A stretch of 43,466 nucleotides of DNA, from IMG/VR virus record IMGVR_UViG_3300045988_091197; one strand, 5' to 3'. The stretch's first letter is position 1. Every line of letters begins with the position of its first letter. Under the pieces are notes generated by a model. The model worked only from the letters and a program-made list of their open reading frames with translations, made no database searches and had not been told where the DNA came from. Below are positions 21,001 through 27,632 of the stretch, in pieces. The DNA comes from a virus. The position numbers and the translations under genes are program-made.

Positions 21001-24000
21001 ACACTGCGGGACATGCTTATGAATCCAAGCAACAAAAACGTGCTGAAACGCGTACCCGGAGCGATACAGAAAACGGTAGCGGACTTTATAGGCGCGATAG
21101 ACTTCACCAGCAAACAGGCTTTGCGCGGCGGAGCGGCGACGCAGGCCGACCAGCGCATTATGTCACAGATGCGGGCGATGCGGGATGCAATCAAGGATAA
21201 CATTGACCTTCAAGGCGAATACTCAGGGTACGCCGACTTGCCTCCTGACTTTATGGATAGCTTCCAGAAGCAGATAGACCGGATGCAGGAGTTAGTAAAC
21301 GAGAGCAGCGGAGAGTATGTTATAAACAAGATGTCTGCCGCTGAACTGAGAGAGCTTGCGCACACGCTGCGAGATATACGCCGATATATTCAGGACATGA
21401 ACCGCTTCCACGAAAACGCCATGTTCCAACACGCTTACGATGCGGGTGAGGATACGATAGCCGACTTGGAGGCAAAGGGCAAGGCGCGGAGACTGCGCAA
21501 CAACGAGATATATAACGGGCTTGCGTGGAAGTATATGCGCCCCGTTTACGGCCTTGAACGTCTCGGAAGGGGCGGAAAGTCAATAAGCGACGAGTTCAGA
21601 AAAGGGCAGGCAAAGCAGGCATTCCTTGCAAAGCAGGTTATAGATTTCTCTGAAAAAGCTTATACCGCTAAGGAAGCGCAGGCGTGGAGCCGCGAAGTGA
21701 AAGCCGTACAGATAGGCGACTCGACCGTACACATGACGGCTGCGCAGGCGATGAGCTTTTATTGCCTTATGCGCAGGCCGCAGGCGAGGACTCATATCTT
21801 CGGGGACGGTATCCGCGTTGCCAACTTTGAAAACGGGAGGATGGTCTACCGCGACGAAGGGCACCGGCTGACGGTCGGAGAGGCAAACGCAATTATAAAC
21901 AGCCTGAGCGAGAGGCAAAAGGCCGTTGCGGATGAGCTGCAGAAGTTTATGTCCGAAGAGTGCGCCGAGTGGGGCAACTATGTCAGCCTTGCGCGCTTTG
22001 GGACAAAGCTCTTCGGCGAAGAAAACTATTTCCCGATAAACTCCGACGGGCGTTATTTGCAGGCCACGGCAGACGAAAGTCCAAGCAACGCAAGCCTTTA
22101 TGCGCTGCTGAATATGGGCTTTACCAAAGAGCTGAACGAAAAGGCGAGGAACCGCATAGTGCTGTATGACATTTTCGACGTGTTTGCAAACCACGCAGCG
22201 AGTATGACGCAGTACAGCAGCTTCGCTCTGCCGGTTCTCGATGCGCTTAAATGGTTCAACTACAAAAATGATGAAACATCGGTTCGTGACAAGATGGCGG
22301 CGGCTTACGGTGCGCCGACCGAGAGCAAGCCGGGAAGCGGGTCGAAGAGCTATGCCGAAAGCTTTGTGCTGAATTTGCTCAAACAGTATAACGGCACAGC
22401 GGCTCGCGGAGATGCATTTGATGCATGGGGAATAAAGGGATTGCACCTGTTTAACCGTGCACAGGTTGCTTTTAACGTGCGAGTTATCATACAACAGCCG
22501 ATGGCCATTACGCGCGCGGCGCAGATCATCTCGCCCACGAAGCTTGCGAAAGGACTATCCGTGTCAGCGACGCAGATGAAAACCCTTGCGGCAGAGATGG
22601 AGGCGCACAGCGGAATAGCGGCGTGGAAAGGACTCGGTTTTTATGACACGAACATCTCGCGCGGCCTTACGGCACTGATAAAGCACGATCAGAGCTTCGC
22701 CGGCAAAGTTACGGAAGCAGGCATGACAGGCGCGGAGCAGGCAGACCGCTTTACGTGGGCGGCTATGTGGTATGCCTGCAAGGACAGTGTGAAGCGCGGC
22801 GACTACAAGACCGAGGGCGAGTATTTTGATGCAGTAACGGAACTTTTCGAGGACGTCATATACAAAACTCAGGTTGTCGACAGCGTACTTACAAAGGCGG
22901 AATTTCTGAGAGCGCAGGGATTCTTCCCACGAATGATGGGCTCCTTCATGTCGGAGCCGAGCGCGACTGTATCCATGCTTATGGACACGTATATGCAGTA
23001 CACCGACGCGCTTCAAAGCGGCATGAGCAAAGGGGCAGCGTGGCAGAAGTACGGAGATACCATACGCAGGACTATAACGGTATATGCCATCGGGCAGGTG
23101 CTCATATCTGCGGTTCAGGCCGTGGCGGATGCATGGCGCGACGACGATGACTACCAGACATTCTGGGAGAAGTATCTCGAAGCACTCAAGGGGAACCTTG
23201 TTGATAATCTGCTTCCGTTCGGCAATATCCCGTATGTTTCAGAACTGTATGACCTTGCAAAGAACCTTTTATCAAAGTTTGGCGTGGACACATACGGCAG
23301 CGGCATTTCAAACGGATGGATGCAGTATGCGCAGTATCTTGAAAGAGCGACAGAAATCTTCGCGGATAAGATTCGTGGCAGCAATACGCGGTACACCACA
23401 TGGGGTGGCGTGTACAACCTGCTGCGCGCCGTGGCCGGCATGACCGGGTTGCCTTTGGCTACAGCCACACGCGAGGTCATCGACGTGTGGAACAACACCA
23501 TAGGCGCAGCAAACCCTGACAGGAAGATAAAGACCTATGATTCCGGCGCAAAGGCGAGTATTAAGTACGCATATCAGGACGGTTATCTGAGCTTCGACGA
23601 GGCGGTTGAAAAGCTCCGCGAGAAGGGCGTGGAAACCGACAAAAACAAGGCGTACTTAATGGTCAAGAGCTGGGATACGGGCGGAAAGTACAGCGAATTG
23701 ACGGCTGCGGCTGCATCCGGCGACCGGGCAGCGTTCAGAGCGGCGCTGCAGGAACTCGTAGAACACGGCGTTGCGGAGAAAGACGCTTACAATGCGGTGA
23801 GGAAGGATATCAAGGAACGGTATCTGGACGGAGACATCACCGAAGTGCAGGCAATAAGCGCGCTTACTGCGTTCGGTGACAAAGACCGCGACGAAGCGCA
23901 AGGCTATGTTCAGGGCTGGCAGTTCAGCCGGGATTACCCGCAGTATGACTGGACGGATGCTGAGATAACAACATACAGCACAGACATAAAGCGCACGGGG

Positions 24001-24213
24001 ATAAGCCCGGATGTATTCGACAGGTATCTCACAGAACTTGATAACTGCAAGGGAACCGACGATGACGGCGACGGCAAGACCGACAGCGGCAGCGTCAGGG
24101 CGCAGGCGATTGTTATGATAGATGCACTTCCGATAAGCGCGGCGCAGAAAGACGCGCTGTATCTTCTCAACTGGAAGGAAAGCACTCTGAGCAAGACGCC
24201 GTGGCACAGCTAA
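12025..24213 (+). CDS. Giant 4062-aa polyvalent protein with zincin-like HExxH, N6-adenine DNA methyltransferase and SNF2/strawberry-notch-type helicase modules plus a long C-terminal region (DarB-like, probably virion-packaged and ejected)
   Basis: Uninterrupted ORF with AGGAGG just upstream. HEFTH is at 14470-14484. MTase motif I VLEPSAGIGG is at 15790-15819 and motif IV NPPF at 15988-15999. Helicase motifs are GDGTGVGKG at 17029-17055, DEAH at 17353-17364 and QGFGRTHRSNQ at 18538-18570. Confidence 0.9.
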   Translation: MNSIDRLLAHVDEEEQKRSNAGETAERRGSTGTSDPIKDLLDHVAAVESGELPRYTSTDYSETSYQEPQREQVSFGERIKNFFKGSDNRRDESGLSGSQTQRFRDLQAQLNEIDRNSGYATTAETSDELEQQRRNIIRQLDELDEEAGREARTYSPSDRIDNVIKSWLNRTGAGYTNAAGSILDLGSSKRKSLRQQQEEADMARFAERNPEAAAEAQAAEERYRQSLRGARDSTYKAADKMQSSAERQLAKSEYGTSAAGSFAIDAAMTGADIITDAAFAKLTGITGLANMALRVYGSESQDARLSGDDAETAAAKGLKAATIEVITEKLAGPFELAYGKSLGRQAMGKTAGKIARVFDRLETNGVLKWVFDTAGEGAEEGLSDVLNIIADHVFNWDDGDMTILEEIASDKDDILYDMILGAFVGAFGATTSAIAEGEQGRRVKNIYGKEGAAALVDEGLLSGEGTKSRRLAERYNEKLQSGRELTGREMSQLIEANDMAFADESPENRGADASEPEQTDHVEKAISKIAKNDTEADLLREDFTLGEADAETYARGAEEAYNYGKLGVSMEDAVQNGSFINDLTEAQRDHAYKLGQQESSADTLTEEDAAQGAEADTADANAENVDAYAAKYGDEAPAVIASYNSGEVKGIGEFSTAFDAAYNMGRSGVPESELSASAALSYLSDAQRKTAFDMGRASASKAAAQAQTEVKSAAKPGKLNRKGVVKGEGVTLKELKSTFNDRQNTAYRLLSTFAEATGVDVVLYKTSAEPDGSFASEQGRFTWKDDTIYVDINSGLYSSKDVESLGKYTMMRTFAHEFTHFIEKWNPAQYNDFRSFVFGTLAGKGESVNDLIESKMSLDSSGKLDYEQASREVIADAMVDILPDSNIVQRLASEHESIYKKLLQKLRDFTARLKQYYKEITTRPGREAQALKEQVGEGTRYMQSIVDMWTNAAEGAVRSYKAAEGTEQRIENKAKPEATKLKEAPKQKPKTEQPKAKESAAETAEKAPPKENDELTRLRDRLDALRYTEVNGFGFAVTATAGKDGEAVYRARINRVASDPLHIEDAKAVYSEAFTSLEDAIESLVAVAENNNLLTPVEADKEATETKETVAQEEAPAKSDEKNREMESGTPSEKTAYRILTEYLAAGKKLTSKELYSICDETFNGTQAEGAYDRKAAYDAMELAVNRYLLTNAADLNGDTAEDARRGLERVQGILSLLPTQNVRTQEMEQFQQFSTPPNIAYLAAWAADINSSDLVLEPSAGIGGLAAFAKAWGAEVAVNELSERRLAVLKAMGFDHVFNENAEQIDNVLPESIKPTAVIMNPPFSSTAGRTATNKTSNAERHINQALARLNDGGRLVAILGRGMADKAYSKYWDKLRQDYNIRANISIDGENYKKYGTTFDVQLVVIDKTGAQGSAETVTGSYKDLAEIPNVLEGIRNDRSAETERDSAVAGVQEASPVEQGGEGTVRAPVDTADGGADAGVLELGSRPGSTGEPRSADIHGEVQRGIQDASAADGAAVQQQRADAADKKSGKRTDRGADRGEERNTARDAGGQLNIQRLGAGGLETESARGQVTEKGRSNKRSDDGVYADYVAPELTVKGSKPHPAVLVESSAMSAVFMPKATYTPHLPENVIKNNLSTEQLVSVTYAGQAHEQTLPNGERKGFFIGDGTGVGKGREISGIILDNFEQGRDKAVWISMNDKLFADAQRDWADTTGRGKDEIHLQGKTKLQNKIDFGSGILFTTYPTLRTEKGQLSRINQIVEWLGKDFDGVIAFDEAHNMGNLLGSSGKFGRTKGSAMAAAAVKLQSLLPKARVVYVSATAATDVQGLAFASRLGLWGRGTAFTDVNDFVSKIQSAGLAAMELVVRDMKAMGVYVSRSISYNGVSYDTVQHDLDPMQTEIYNTMSRAWQKTMGSVEESLKSTGGVHNSNAKQLAIGQYYSAMQRFYNQVLTSMSMPSVIADMKKELAAGKSCVLQIVNTNQAEADRQIASIKADGGSLDDMDLTPRGTLIGYLENCYPIIQYEEYTDENGAVRSRPVTDSKGEPVIDRAAVRKRDALIEEVKQMAIPDGPLEMLFNAFGTDQVAEITGRTRRVVPRKQPDGSIKRVEESRSKAHTAADVQAFQDGDKRILVFSDAGGTGKSYHASRTAKNQQQRVHYVLQPGWVASKAVQGFGRTHRSNQSSAPIYKLVTTNIKGQKRFTSTIARRLDQLGALTKGQRDTGSGMFGAKDNLETDLARDSLREFYRRLGKNQIDGIDGMDTLQRLGLKSKFTDEFGAFKLDDSTSRDISTFLNRILALEVDEQNTLFDAFINIYETEMEAAIQAGTLDTGMENVKADKIEIVDDKVIKEQETTGAATHYIQAKIYTKPKIISTVAAAEGLRSGFMGIYKTKNGDIRAVYRIADKTTEWGEVQKQYKLQSPNAAKSSIWKESSFEKNAELLPKDEWQTEWDKEIKKVPEYNEDTKHMLTGTLLPIWYALPDDGNTKVQRLVADDGSTYLGRVISPDKIDDVLKRFNLNRTKEIFTAEKVMDSAIKRGTRFDLTYYRAQLFRSRVSGEWRLEYKQGQNSWYVARQFPELIHEKINYQDRYFVPLNDEGRAVLDKILEENPVTNTSEGSDSDGYVQYSKRGRDDSSVDSYDPETANVKEQIANSSAELNKMTVAATVNAPANFTSKEAASKWAIAMLEHTGFQVDRKNFGKIFFSQKDIKTSVRYADTAAEKAAFAALPAVLKKGIEIGRHSNHKARGKETVTFAAPVILNGVRGNMGVVVNLRGNHYYAHRIVLPDGGIFVLSENENDAARELPRGVTISGSLADATSTASVNSIASGLNFDKENFATEVDTELSTRAPALSDREVLQYAAKNIDASTLTPAQADALRIFKERVDRLQELQEQRQELGREYREQQFKRPVDRNAATVTKNRMGVLDGKIRALENSVVSLEDKDVLRQVLKEARRFVEKRERTQGALRLKEYREARNESASLKKYRARVLKEAETLRDMLMNPSNKNVLKRVPGAIQKTVADFIGAIDFTSKQALRGGAATQADQRIMSQMRAMRDAIKDNIDLQGEYSGYADLPPDFMDSFQKQIDRMQELVNESSGEYVINKMSAAELRELAHTLRDIRRYIQDMNRFHENAMFQHAYDAGEDTIADLEAKGKARRLRNNEIYNGLAWKYMRPVYGLERLGRGGKSISDEFRKGQAKQAFLAKQVIDFSEKAYTAKEAQAWSREVKAVQIGDSTVHMTAAQAMSFYCLMRRPQARTHIFGDGIRVANFENGRMVYRDEGHRLTVGEANAIINSLSERQKAVADELQKFMSEECAEWGNYVSLARFGTKLFGEENYFPINSDGRYLQATADESPSNASLYALLNMGFTKELNEKARNRIVLYDIFDVFANHAASMTQYSSFALPVLDALKWFNYKNDETSVRDKMAAAYGAPTESKPGSGSKSYAESFVLNLLKQYNGTAARGDAFDAWGIKGLHLFNRAQVAFNVRVIIQQPMAITRAAQIISPTKLAKGLSVSATQMKTLAAEMEAHSGIAAWKGLGFYDTNISRGLTALIKHDQSFAGKVTEAGMTGAEQADRFTWAAMWYACKDSVKRGDYKTEGEYFDAVTELFEDVIYKTQVVDSVLTKAEFLRAQGFFPRMMGSFMSEPSATVSMLMDTYMQYTDALQSGMSKGAAWQKYGDTIRRTITVYAIGQVLISAVQAVADAWRDDDDYQTFWEKYLEALKGNLVDNLLPFGNIPYVSELYDLAKNLLSKFGVDTYGSGISNGWMQYAQYLERATEIFADKIRGSNTRYTTWGGVYNLLRAVAGMTGLPLATATREVIDVWNNTIGAANPDRKIKTYDSGAKASIKYAYQDGYLSFDEAVEKLREKGVETDKNKAYLMVKSWDTGGKYSELTAAAASGDRAAFRAALQELVEHGVAEKDAYNAVRKDIKERYLDGDITEVQAISALTAFGDKDRDEAQGYVQGWQFSRDYPQYDWTDAEITTYSTDIKRTGISPDVFDRYLTELDNCKGTDDDGDGKTDSGSVRAQAIVMIDALPISAAQKDALYLLNWKESTLSKTPWHS
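16340..16750 (+). CDS. Candidate overprinted gene (136 aa) in the +1 frame of the giant gene's methylase-helicase linker
   Basis: GGAGGG at 16326-16331, an 8-nt spacer, then ATG 16340. An in-frame TAA lies at 16334-16336. The product has globular, helix-like composition. About 108 of 136 codons end in G/C (hand count), while the host frame here uses mostly A/T-ending codons. Confidence 0.55.
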   Translation: MTEVQRLNATPLSQGFKKLLPWNRAERELYVLQWIRQTVELMQGYWNSGADPEVLANLEALTFTEKYSEAYRMLLPPTEPLYSNSELMRQIKRVESAQTEEQIEEKSVTLLEMLVDNSTFSDSELADLKPSLHEDR

Positions 24214-24223
24214 ACACAAGATC

Positions 24224-24256
24224 GGGAGGGGGGATTTATTCCCCCTCCTTTTTATT
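24224..24256 (+). terminator. Rho-independent terminator after the giant gene
   Basis: Stem ggagggggg / cccccctcc-like (GGAGGGGGG-ATTTATT-CCCCCTCC) followed by TTTTTATT. Confidence 0.85.
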
Positions 24257-24284
24257 GATAATATATAGCGCAGGGGTGATAACC

Positions 24285-24410
24285 ATGATAATAGGGCATG
24301 TGCGCGGGCAGGAACTAAAACTTGACCGCACGACCATTGCCGCGCTGGAGCAAGATAATGCCGAGTTGCGAAGCGCAATCGAGGCGCTTATAAGCGGGGT
24401 GACGGAATGA
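24285..24410 (+). CDS. Small hypothetical protein (41 aa)
   Basis: ATG 24285 follows AGGGGTG. The gene is coupled by an ATGA overlap to the next ORF. Confidence 0.45.
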   Translation: MIIGHVRGQELKLDRTTIAALEQDNAELRSAIEALISGVTE

Positions 24411-24568
24411 CGCTGGTAGACAAGGCAAAAGCGTACAACCGAGAGCTTAAAGAGGCGCTACAGCTCATATACGATGAGCTTAATCAAGGACAGCGCAAGA
24501 AGCTACTGCGCAATGCTACAATCAAGGCGCTGTATGAGCGTTACGGGATAGGAGGTAACGATGAGTAA
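24407..24568 (+). CDS. Small hypothetical protein (53 aa)
   Basis: Translated by hand: MTLVDKAKAYNRELKEALQLIYDELNQGQRKKLLRNATIKALYERYGIGGNDE. It overlaps both neighbouring genes. It is below the ORF-track size cut-off. Confidence 0.5.
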   Translation: MTLVDKAKAYNRELKEALQLIYDELNQGQRKKLLRNATIKALYERYGIGGNDE

Positions 24569-25328
24569 AACCGGGCTAGGACTTGTAGAATATGCAAAAG
24601 CACAGTTGGGCAAGCCCTACTGGTGGGGCACCTTCGGGCAGACGGCCTCGGCGGCGCTGCTCGCGCAGAAGCGGACGCAGTACCCCGGCTATTACACGGC
24701 GGACGACTTCGAACCGCAGTTCGGACAGAAGGTACACGATTGCGTCGGCCTTATCAAGGGTTACCTCTGGTGCGACACGCCAACAAGCGAGCCTATCTAC
24801 AAGGCCGCGCAAGACGTGGCAGTCAGCGGGCTGTATCTGGTATGCAAGGAGCACGGCAACCTCGGTACTATCCCGGAGGAGCCGGGCGTGTGCGTGTTCA
24901 TGCAAGACATGTCCCACGTCGGCGTTTACATCGGCGGCGGCTATGTCGTAGAGGCAACCGGCCACGCGCGTGGCGTCGTGAAAACCAAGCTTGCGGGGCG
25001 TGGCTGGGGACTGTGGGGTAAGCCCCGCTGGATAAGCTACGAGGCTGCTGCCACTCCAGCACAGCCCGAACAGACCACCACACAGGCGACCGCTTCGGCG
25101 CTGACCGTCACCGGCTTGCCGCTGCTGCGCTACGGCGACAAGGGCGAGTGTGTCCGCTCGGCGCAGCTGCTCCTCATCGGGCGCGGCTACTCCTGCGGCA
25201 GGTGCGGCGCTGACGGCGAGATAGGGCAGGACACCTATAATGCAATCATCGCTTTTCAGCGGGCATCCGGCTTGCAGCAGGACGGCATCATAGGCGCTCA
25301 AACTTGGGCGCGGCTGATAGGAGGTTAA
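24561..25328 (+). CDS. Endolysin: NlpC/P60 cysteine peptidase domain plus a C-terminal PG_binding_1-type domain
   Basis: The catalytic contexts are VHDCVGLIKGY and SHVGVYIGGG. The C-terminal sequence is ...LRYGDKGECVRSAQLLL...DGIIGAQTWARL. AGGAGG RBS. Confidence 0.85.
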   Translation: MSKTGLGLVEYAKAQLGKPYWWGTFGQTASAALLAQKRTQYPGYYTADDFEPQFGQKVHDCVGLIKGYLWCDTPTSEPIYKAAQDVAVSGLYLVCKEHGNLGTIPEEPGVCVFMQDMSHVGVYIGGGYVVEATGHARGVVKTKLAGRGWGLWGKPRWISYEAAATPAQPEQTTTQATASALTVTGLPLLRYGDKGECVRSAQLLLIGRGYSCGRCGADGEIGQDTYNAIIAFQRASGLQQDGIIGAQTWARLIGG

Positions 25329-25331
25329 GGC

Positions 25332-25634
25332 ATGGCGTTTACTCTGGAAGACTTGGCCGTAAAATACGCGGAAATGGAAGCGCGGGGCAAGTCCAACACA
25401 CACAGGCTCGACACACTTGAGAAAAATCAAAAGGCGCTTAACGAGCTGACCACGTCCGTCAAGGTGCTCGCCACTGAGCAGGGCACCATGAAGACGGACA
25501 TAGGCGAGATCAAAACCGGTCTCAAAACGCTTACGGACAAACCCGCCAAGCGCTGGGAGGCCATCGTAGATAAGACGATATGGCTGGTGGCCGGTGCGCT
25601 GATTGCGTTTGTACTGGCACAGGTCGGGATTTGA
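25332..25634 (+). CDS. XhlA-like lysis-associated membrane protein
   Basis: 100 aa with an N-terminal coiled coil and a single C-terminal TM segment (IWLVAGALIAFVLAQVGI). It lies between the endolysin and holin genes. Confidence 0.55.
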   Translation: MAFTLEDLAVKYAEMEARGKSNTHRLDTLEKNQKALNELTTSVKVLATEQGTMKTDIGEIKTGLKTLTDKPAKRWEAIVDKTIWLVAGALIAFVLAQVGI

Positions 25635-25648
25635 GAGGAGGTGAAAAT

Positions 25649-25906
25649 ATGGACTTTGGTATCGCATCCGTAGCAGCCATAACCGTGATCTGCTATCTGG
25701 TGGGGCAGGCCGTCAAGGCATCCGGCCTTGACAACAAGTGGATTCCCATCATCTGCGGCATCGTCGGCGGCATCCTCGGCGTTCTCGCCATGCTCTTCAT
25801 GGCAGATTTCCCGGCGCAGGACTACATAACCGCAGCTGCAGTCGGCATTGTATCCGGCTTCGCGGCGACCGGCGTCAACGAGGCAGTCAAGCAGCTTAGA
25901 CAGTAA
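25649..25906 (+). CDS. Holin (multi-TM, phi-LC3/Hol44-like pattern)
   Basis: GAGGAGG RBS upstream of ATG 25649. 85 aa with 2-3 hydrophobic helices and a charged C-terminus ...NEAVKQLRQ. Confidence 0.75.
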   Translation: MDFGIASVAAITVICYLVGQAVKASGLDNKWIPIICGIVGGILGVLAMLFMADFPAQDYITAAAVGIVSGFAATGVNEAVKQLRQ

Positions 25907-25917
25907 TTAGAATCAAA

Positions 25918-25939
25918 GCGCCGTCCATATGGGCGGCGC
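25918..25939. other. Hairpin after the lysis cassette (9-bp stem, no clear T-tract)
   Basis: gcgccgtcc atat gggcggcgc. Confidence 0.3.
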
Positions 25940-25974
25940 AAATCAAAACCTTGTAAACCGACGACGGAGAACAC

Positions 25975-26157
25975 ATGAAAGAATCCGTTAAACAATTCTG
26001 CTCGCTCAATGGCCTCGGCGAGGTAACCGCCGAGATGCTTTATGACGCATACATAGGGAGTGAGGCCAATGACGACAGCAGAGATAAAAAGCAGCCTGAC
26101 GACGCCGGGGGCGAAGTGCAAGCTGCAATTCCCGCGGGAACTGCGGGAACAGTTTGA
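25975..26157 (+). CDS. Small hypothetical ORF whose 3-prime third overlaps the next gene
   Basis: GGAGA RBS. The first 30 or so codons look protein-like. The tail reads like off-frame sequence of the 26069 gene. Confidence 0.35.
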   Translation: MKESVKQFCSLNGLGEVTAEMLYDAYIGSEANDDSRDKKQPDDAGGEVQAAIPAGTAGTV

Positions 26158-26332
26158 ACGCGATTGCGGTTTTACCGACGAGGAGCTAGAGATATTCCGG
26201 ATGCGAGCGCAGGGCATGAGCATCATACAAATCTCGTTTGCGCTTGGCCGCACGGAGTATTACAGCACCGAGAAGGTGGAGCGCCGCATACGCAGCATAA
26301 AGGACAAGATAGCAGCCGCGATTGAGGGATAA
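26069..26332 (+). CDS. Small sigma-70 region-4 / LuxR-type HTH protein (candidate late-gene regulator)
   Basis: AGGGAG lies 8 nt before ATG 26069. The HTH sequence ...EELEIFRMRAQGMSIIQISFALGRTEYYSTEKVERRIRSIKDKI resembles a region-4 HTH. Confidence 0.6.
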   Translation: MTTAEIKSSLTTPGAKCKLQFPRELREQFERDCGFTDEELEIFRMRAQGMSIIQISFALGRTEYYSTEKVERRIRSIKDKIAAAIEG

Positions 26333-26345
26333 TTGCGGGATAATT

Positions 26346-26379
26346 GAGGGCAAACCGACGGGTTTGCCCTCTTTTTTTA
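26346..26379 (+). terminator. Rho-independent terminator
   Basis: gagggcaaacc gacg ggtttgccctc followed by T7. Confidence 0.9.
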
Positions 26380-26416
26380 TGCGATGATATAGGCAGAAGA
26401 AAGAAGGAGGCACGGT

Positions 26417-26731
26417 ATGTATAACTCAAACTACCCGTTTAACAATCAGGGCACGGCAGGCTACAACCGCGCCACGCTGCTGTTTGTGCCGACGTTCGCG
26501 GATATAGAACGAGTGCCGGTAATGCCCGGAGAGAAGCTCTGGGTGATGGCAATGGACGAAGCAATTATGGCTTGCCGCACGGGCGGCAACATGGGCGTTG
26601 AGACGACGTATTGCCGCATGGAGGAGTACATCCCGCCGTCTCCACCGAAGCCCGAAGACTACGTAACAAAAGCCGACCTCGAAGCAATGTTCGAGCGGTT
26701 TATGAAGCAGGGAGGGACGCAGAATGAGTAA
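26417..26731 (+). CDS. Hypothetical protein (cargo cassette gene 1)
   Basis: AAGGAGG RBS; 104 aa; no family recognised. Confidence 0.7.
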   Translation: MYNSNYPFNNQGTAGYNRATLLFVPTFADIERVPVMPGEKLWVMAMDEAIMACRTGGNMGVETTYCRMEEYIPPSPPKPEDYVTKADLEAMFERFMKQGGTQNE

Positions 26732-26930
26732 CCCATTCTTCAAGCAGGGGGCGGCGGCACCCAGAAACCCGATGCAGATGGTGAGCGAGTTCCGCAAATT
26801 CGCGGCGAATATGACGCCGGAAAAGGCGGAGCAGGAAATAAACCAGCTCCTCTCGTCGGGCAAGATGAGCAAACAGCAGTTTGAAGAACTGAAACAACAG
26901 GCTAAGAGCTTCATGCAGTTCTTACAATAA
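26724..26930 (+). CDS. Hypothetical protein (cargo cassette gene 2)
   Basis: Coupled to the upstream gene by an ATGA-type overlap. 68 aa, helical and charged. Confidence 0.6.
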   Translation: MSNPFFKQGAAAPRNPMQMVSEFRKFAANMTPEKAEQEINQLLSSGKMSKQQFEELKQQAKSFMQFLQ

Positions 26931-26977
26931 GCCGGGTCGACACGGTTTATATAAAAAATTAAGAAAGGAGTACACCA

Positions 26978-27547
26978 GTGGAAAATTTTAGCCTTTCCGA
27001 CATCGCGGCCGCGACTCGCGGCGCAGACAACGAGAACGGCTGGGGTTCCGGTTGGTTCCTCATTGTCGTGCTCTTCCTCTTCATGTTCGGCTTTGGCGGC
27101 AACGGTTGGAACCGCCAGGGCGAGTTCGGCCAGTACGCGACCGCGGCATCTCAGCAGGAGATACTGCTCGGCCAGCAGTTCGGCCAACTCAACGACAGGA
27201 TCACCAACATCGGCAACGGCATCTGCAACCTCGGCTACGAGATGCAGGGCAGCATCGGCCAGCTCGGCAAAGAGATGGCACTCGCCCAGAACGCGACCAA
27301 CATGGCCATCATGCAGACCGGCAACTCCATCGAGCGCCAGCTCTGCGGCATGAACGCGAACATCGACGCGAAGTTCGCGGCGATGGAAAAGTCGCAGCTT
27401 GAGCAGCGTATATCCGAACAGGCCGCGCGCATTGCCAGCCTTGAAATGGATAACCGCATGTATGGCGTAGTCCGCTACCCCAACGGCTACACTTACAGCG
27501 CCGGTGCGTCCCCGTTCTGCGGCTGCAACAACGGCTGCTGCGCATAA
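26978..27547 (+). CDS. Membrane-anchored coiled-coil protein with a Cys-rich C-terminus (…SPFCGCNNGCCA)
   Basis: GTG start after AAAGGAG. N-terminal TM segment GWFLIVVLFLFMFGFGG, followed by Q/N-rich heptad-like sequence. 189 aa. Confidence 0.65.
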   Translation: MENFSLSDIAAATRGADNENGWGSGWFLIVVLFLFMFGFGGNGWNRQGEFGQYATAASQQEILLGQQFGQLNDRITNIGNGICNLGYEMQGSIGQLGKEMALAQNATNMAIMQTGNSIERQLCGMNANIDAKFAAMEKSQLEQRISEQAARIASLEMDNRMYGVVRYPNGYTYSAGASPFCGCNNGCCA

Positions 27548-27580
27548 CCCCTAATCGTTAACCGCTTTAACAGCGTTAAG

Positions 27581-27617
27581 CCCCGGACGGCAAACGCTGT
27601 CCGGGGCACCTACTTTT
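27581..27617 (+). terminator. Possible terminator (8-bp GC stem, weak distal T-run)
   Basis: ccccggac ... gtccgggg, then cacctactttt. Confidence 0.4.
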
Positions 27618-27632
27618 GAAAGGAGATAAAAA

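Noticed and set aside
12025-24213. Interpreting the giant ORF as an ordinary tape-measure protein, or as several genes fused by sequencing errors.
   Set aside because: The enzymatic motifs (HExxH, NPPF, DEAH) are not tape-measure features. The frame is continuous for 12.2 kb with consistent codon bias, except in the 16340-16750 linker, so no error-derived junction is evident. A tape-measure-like or ejection role for the N- and C-terminal regions cannot be excluded.
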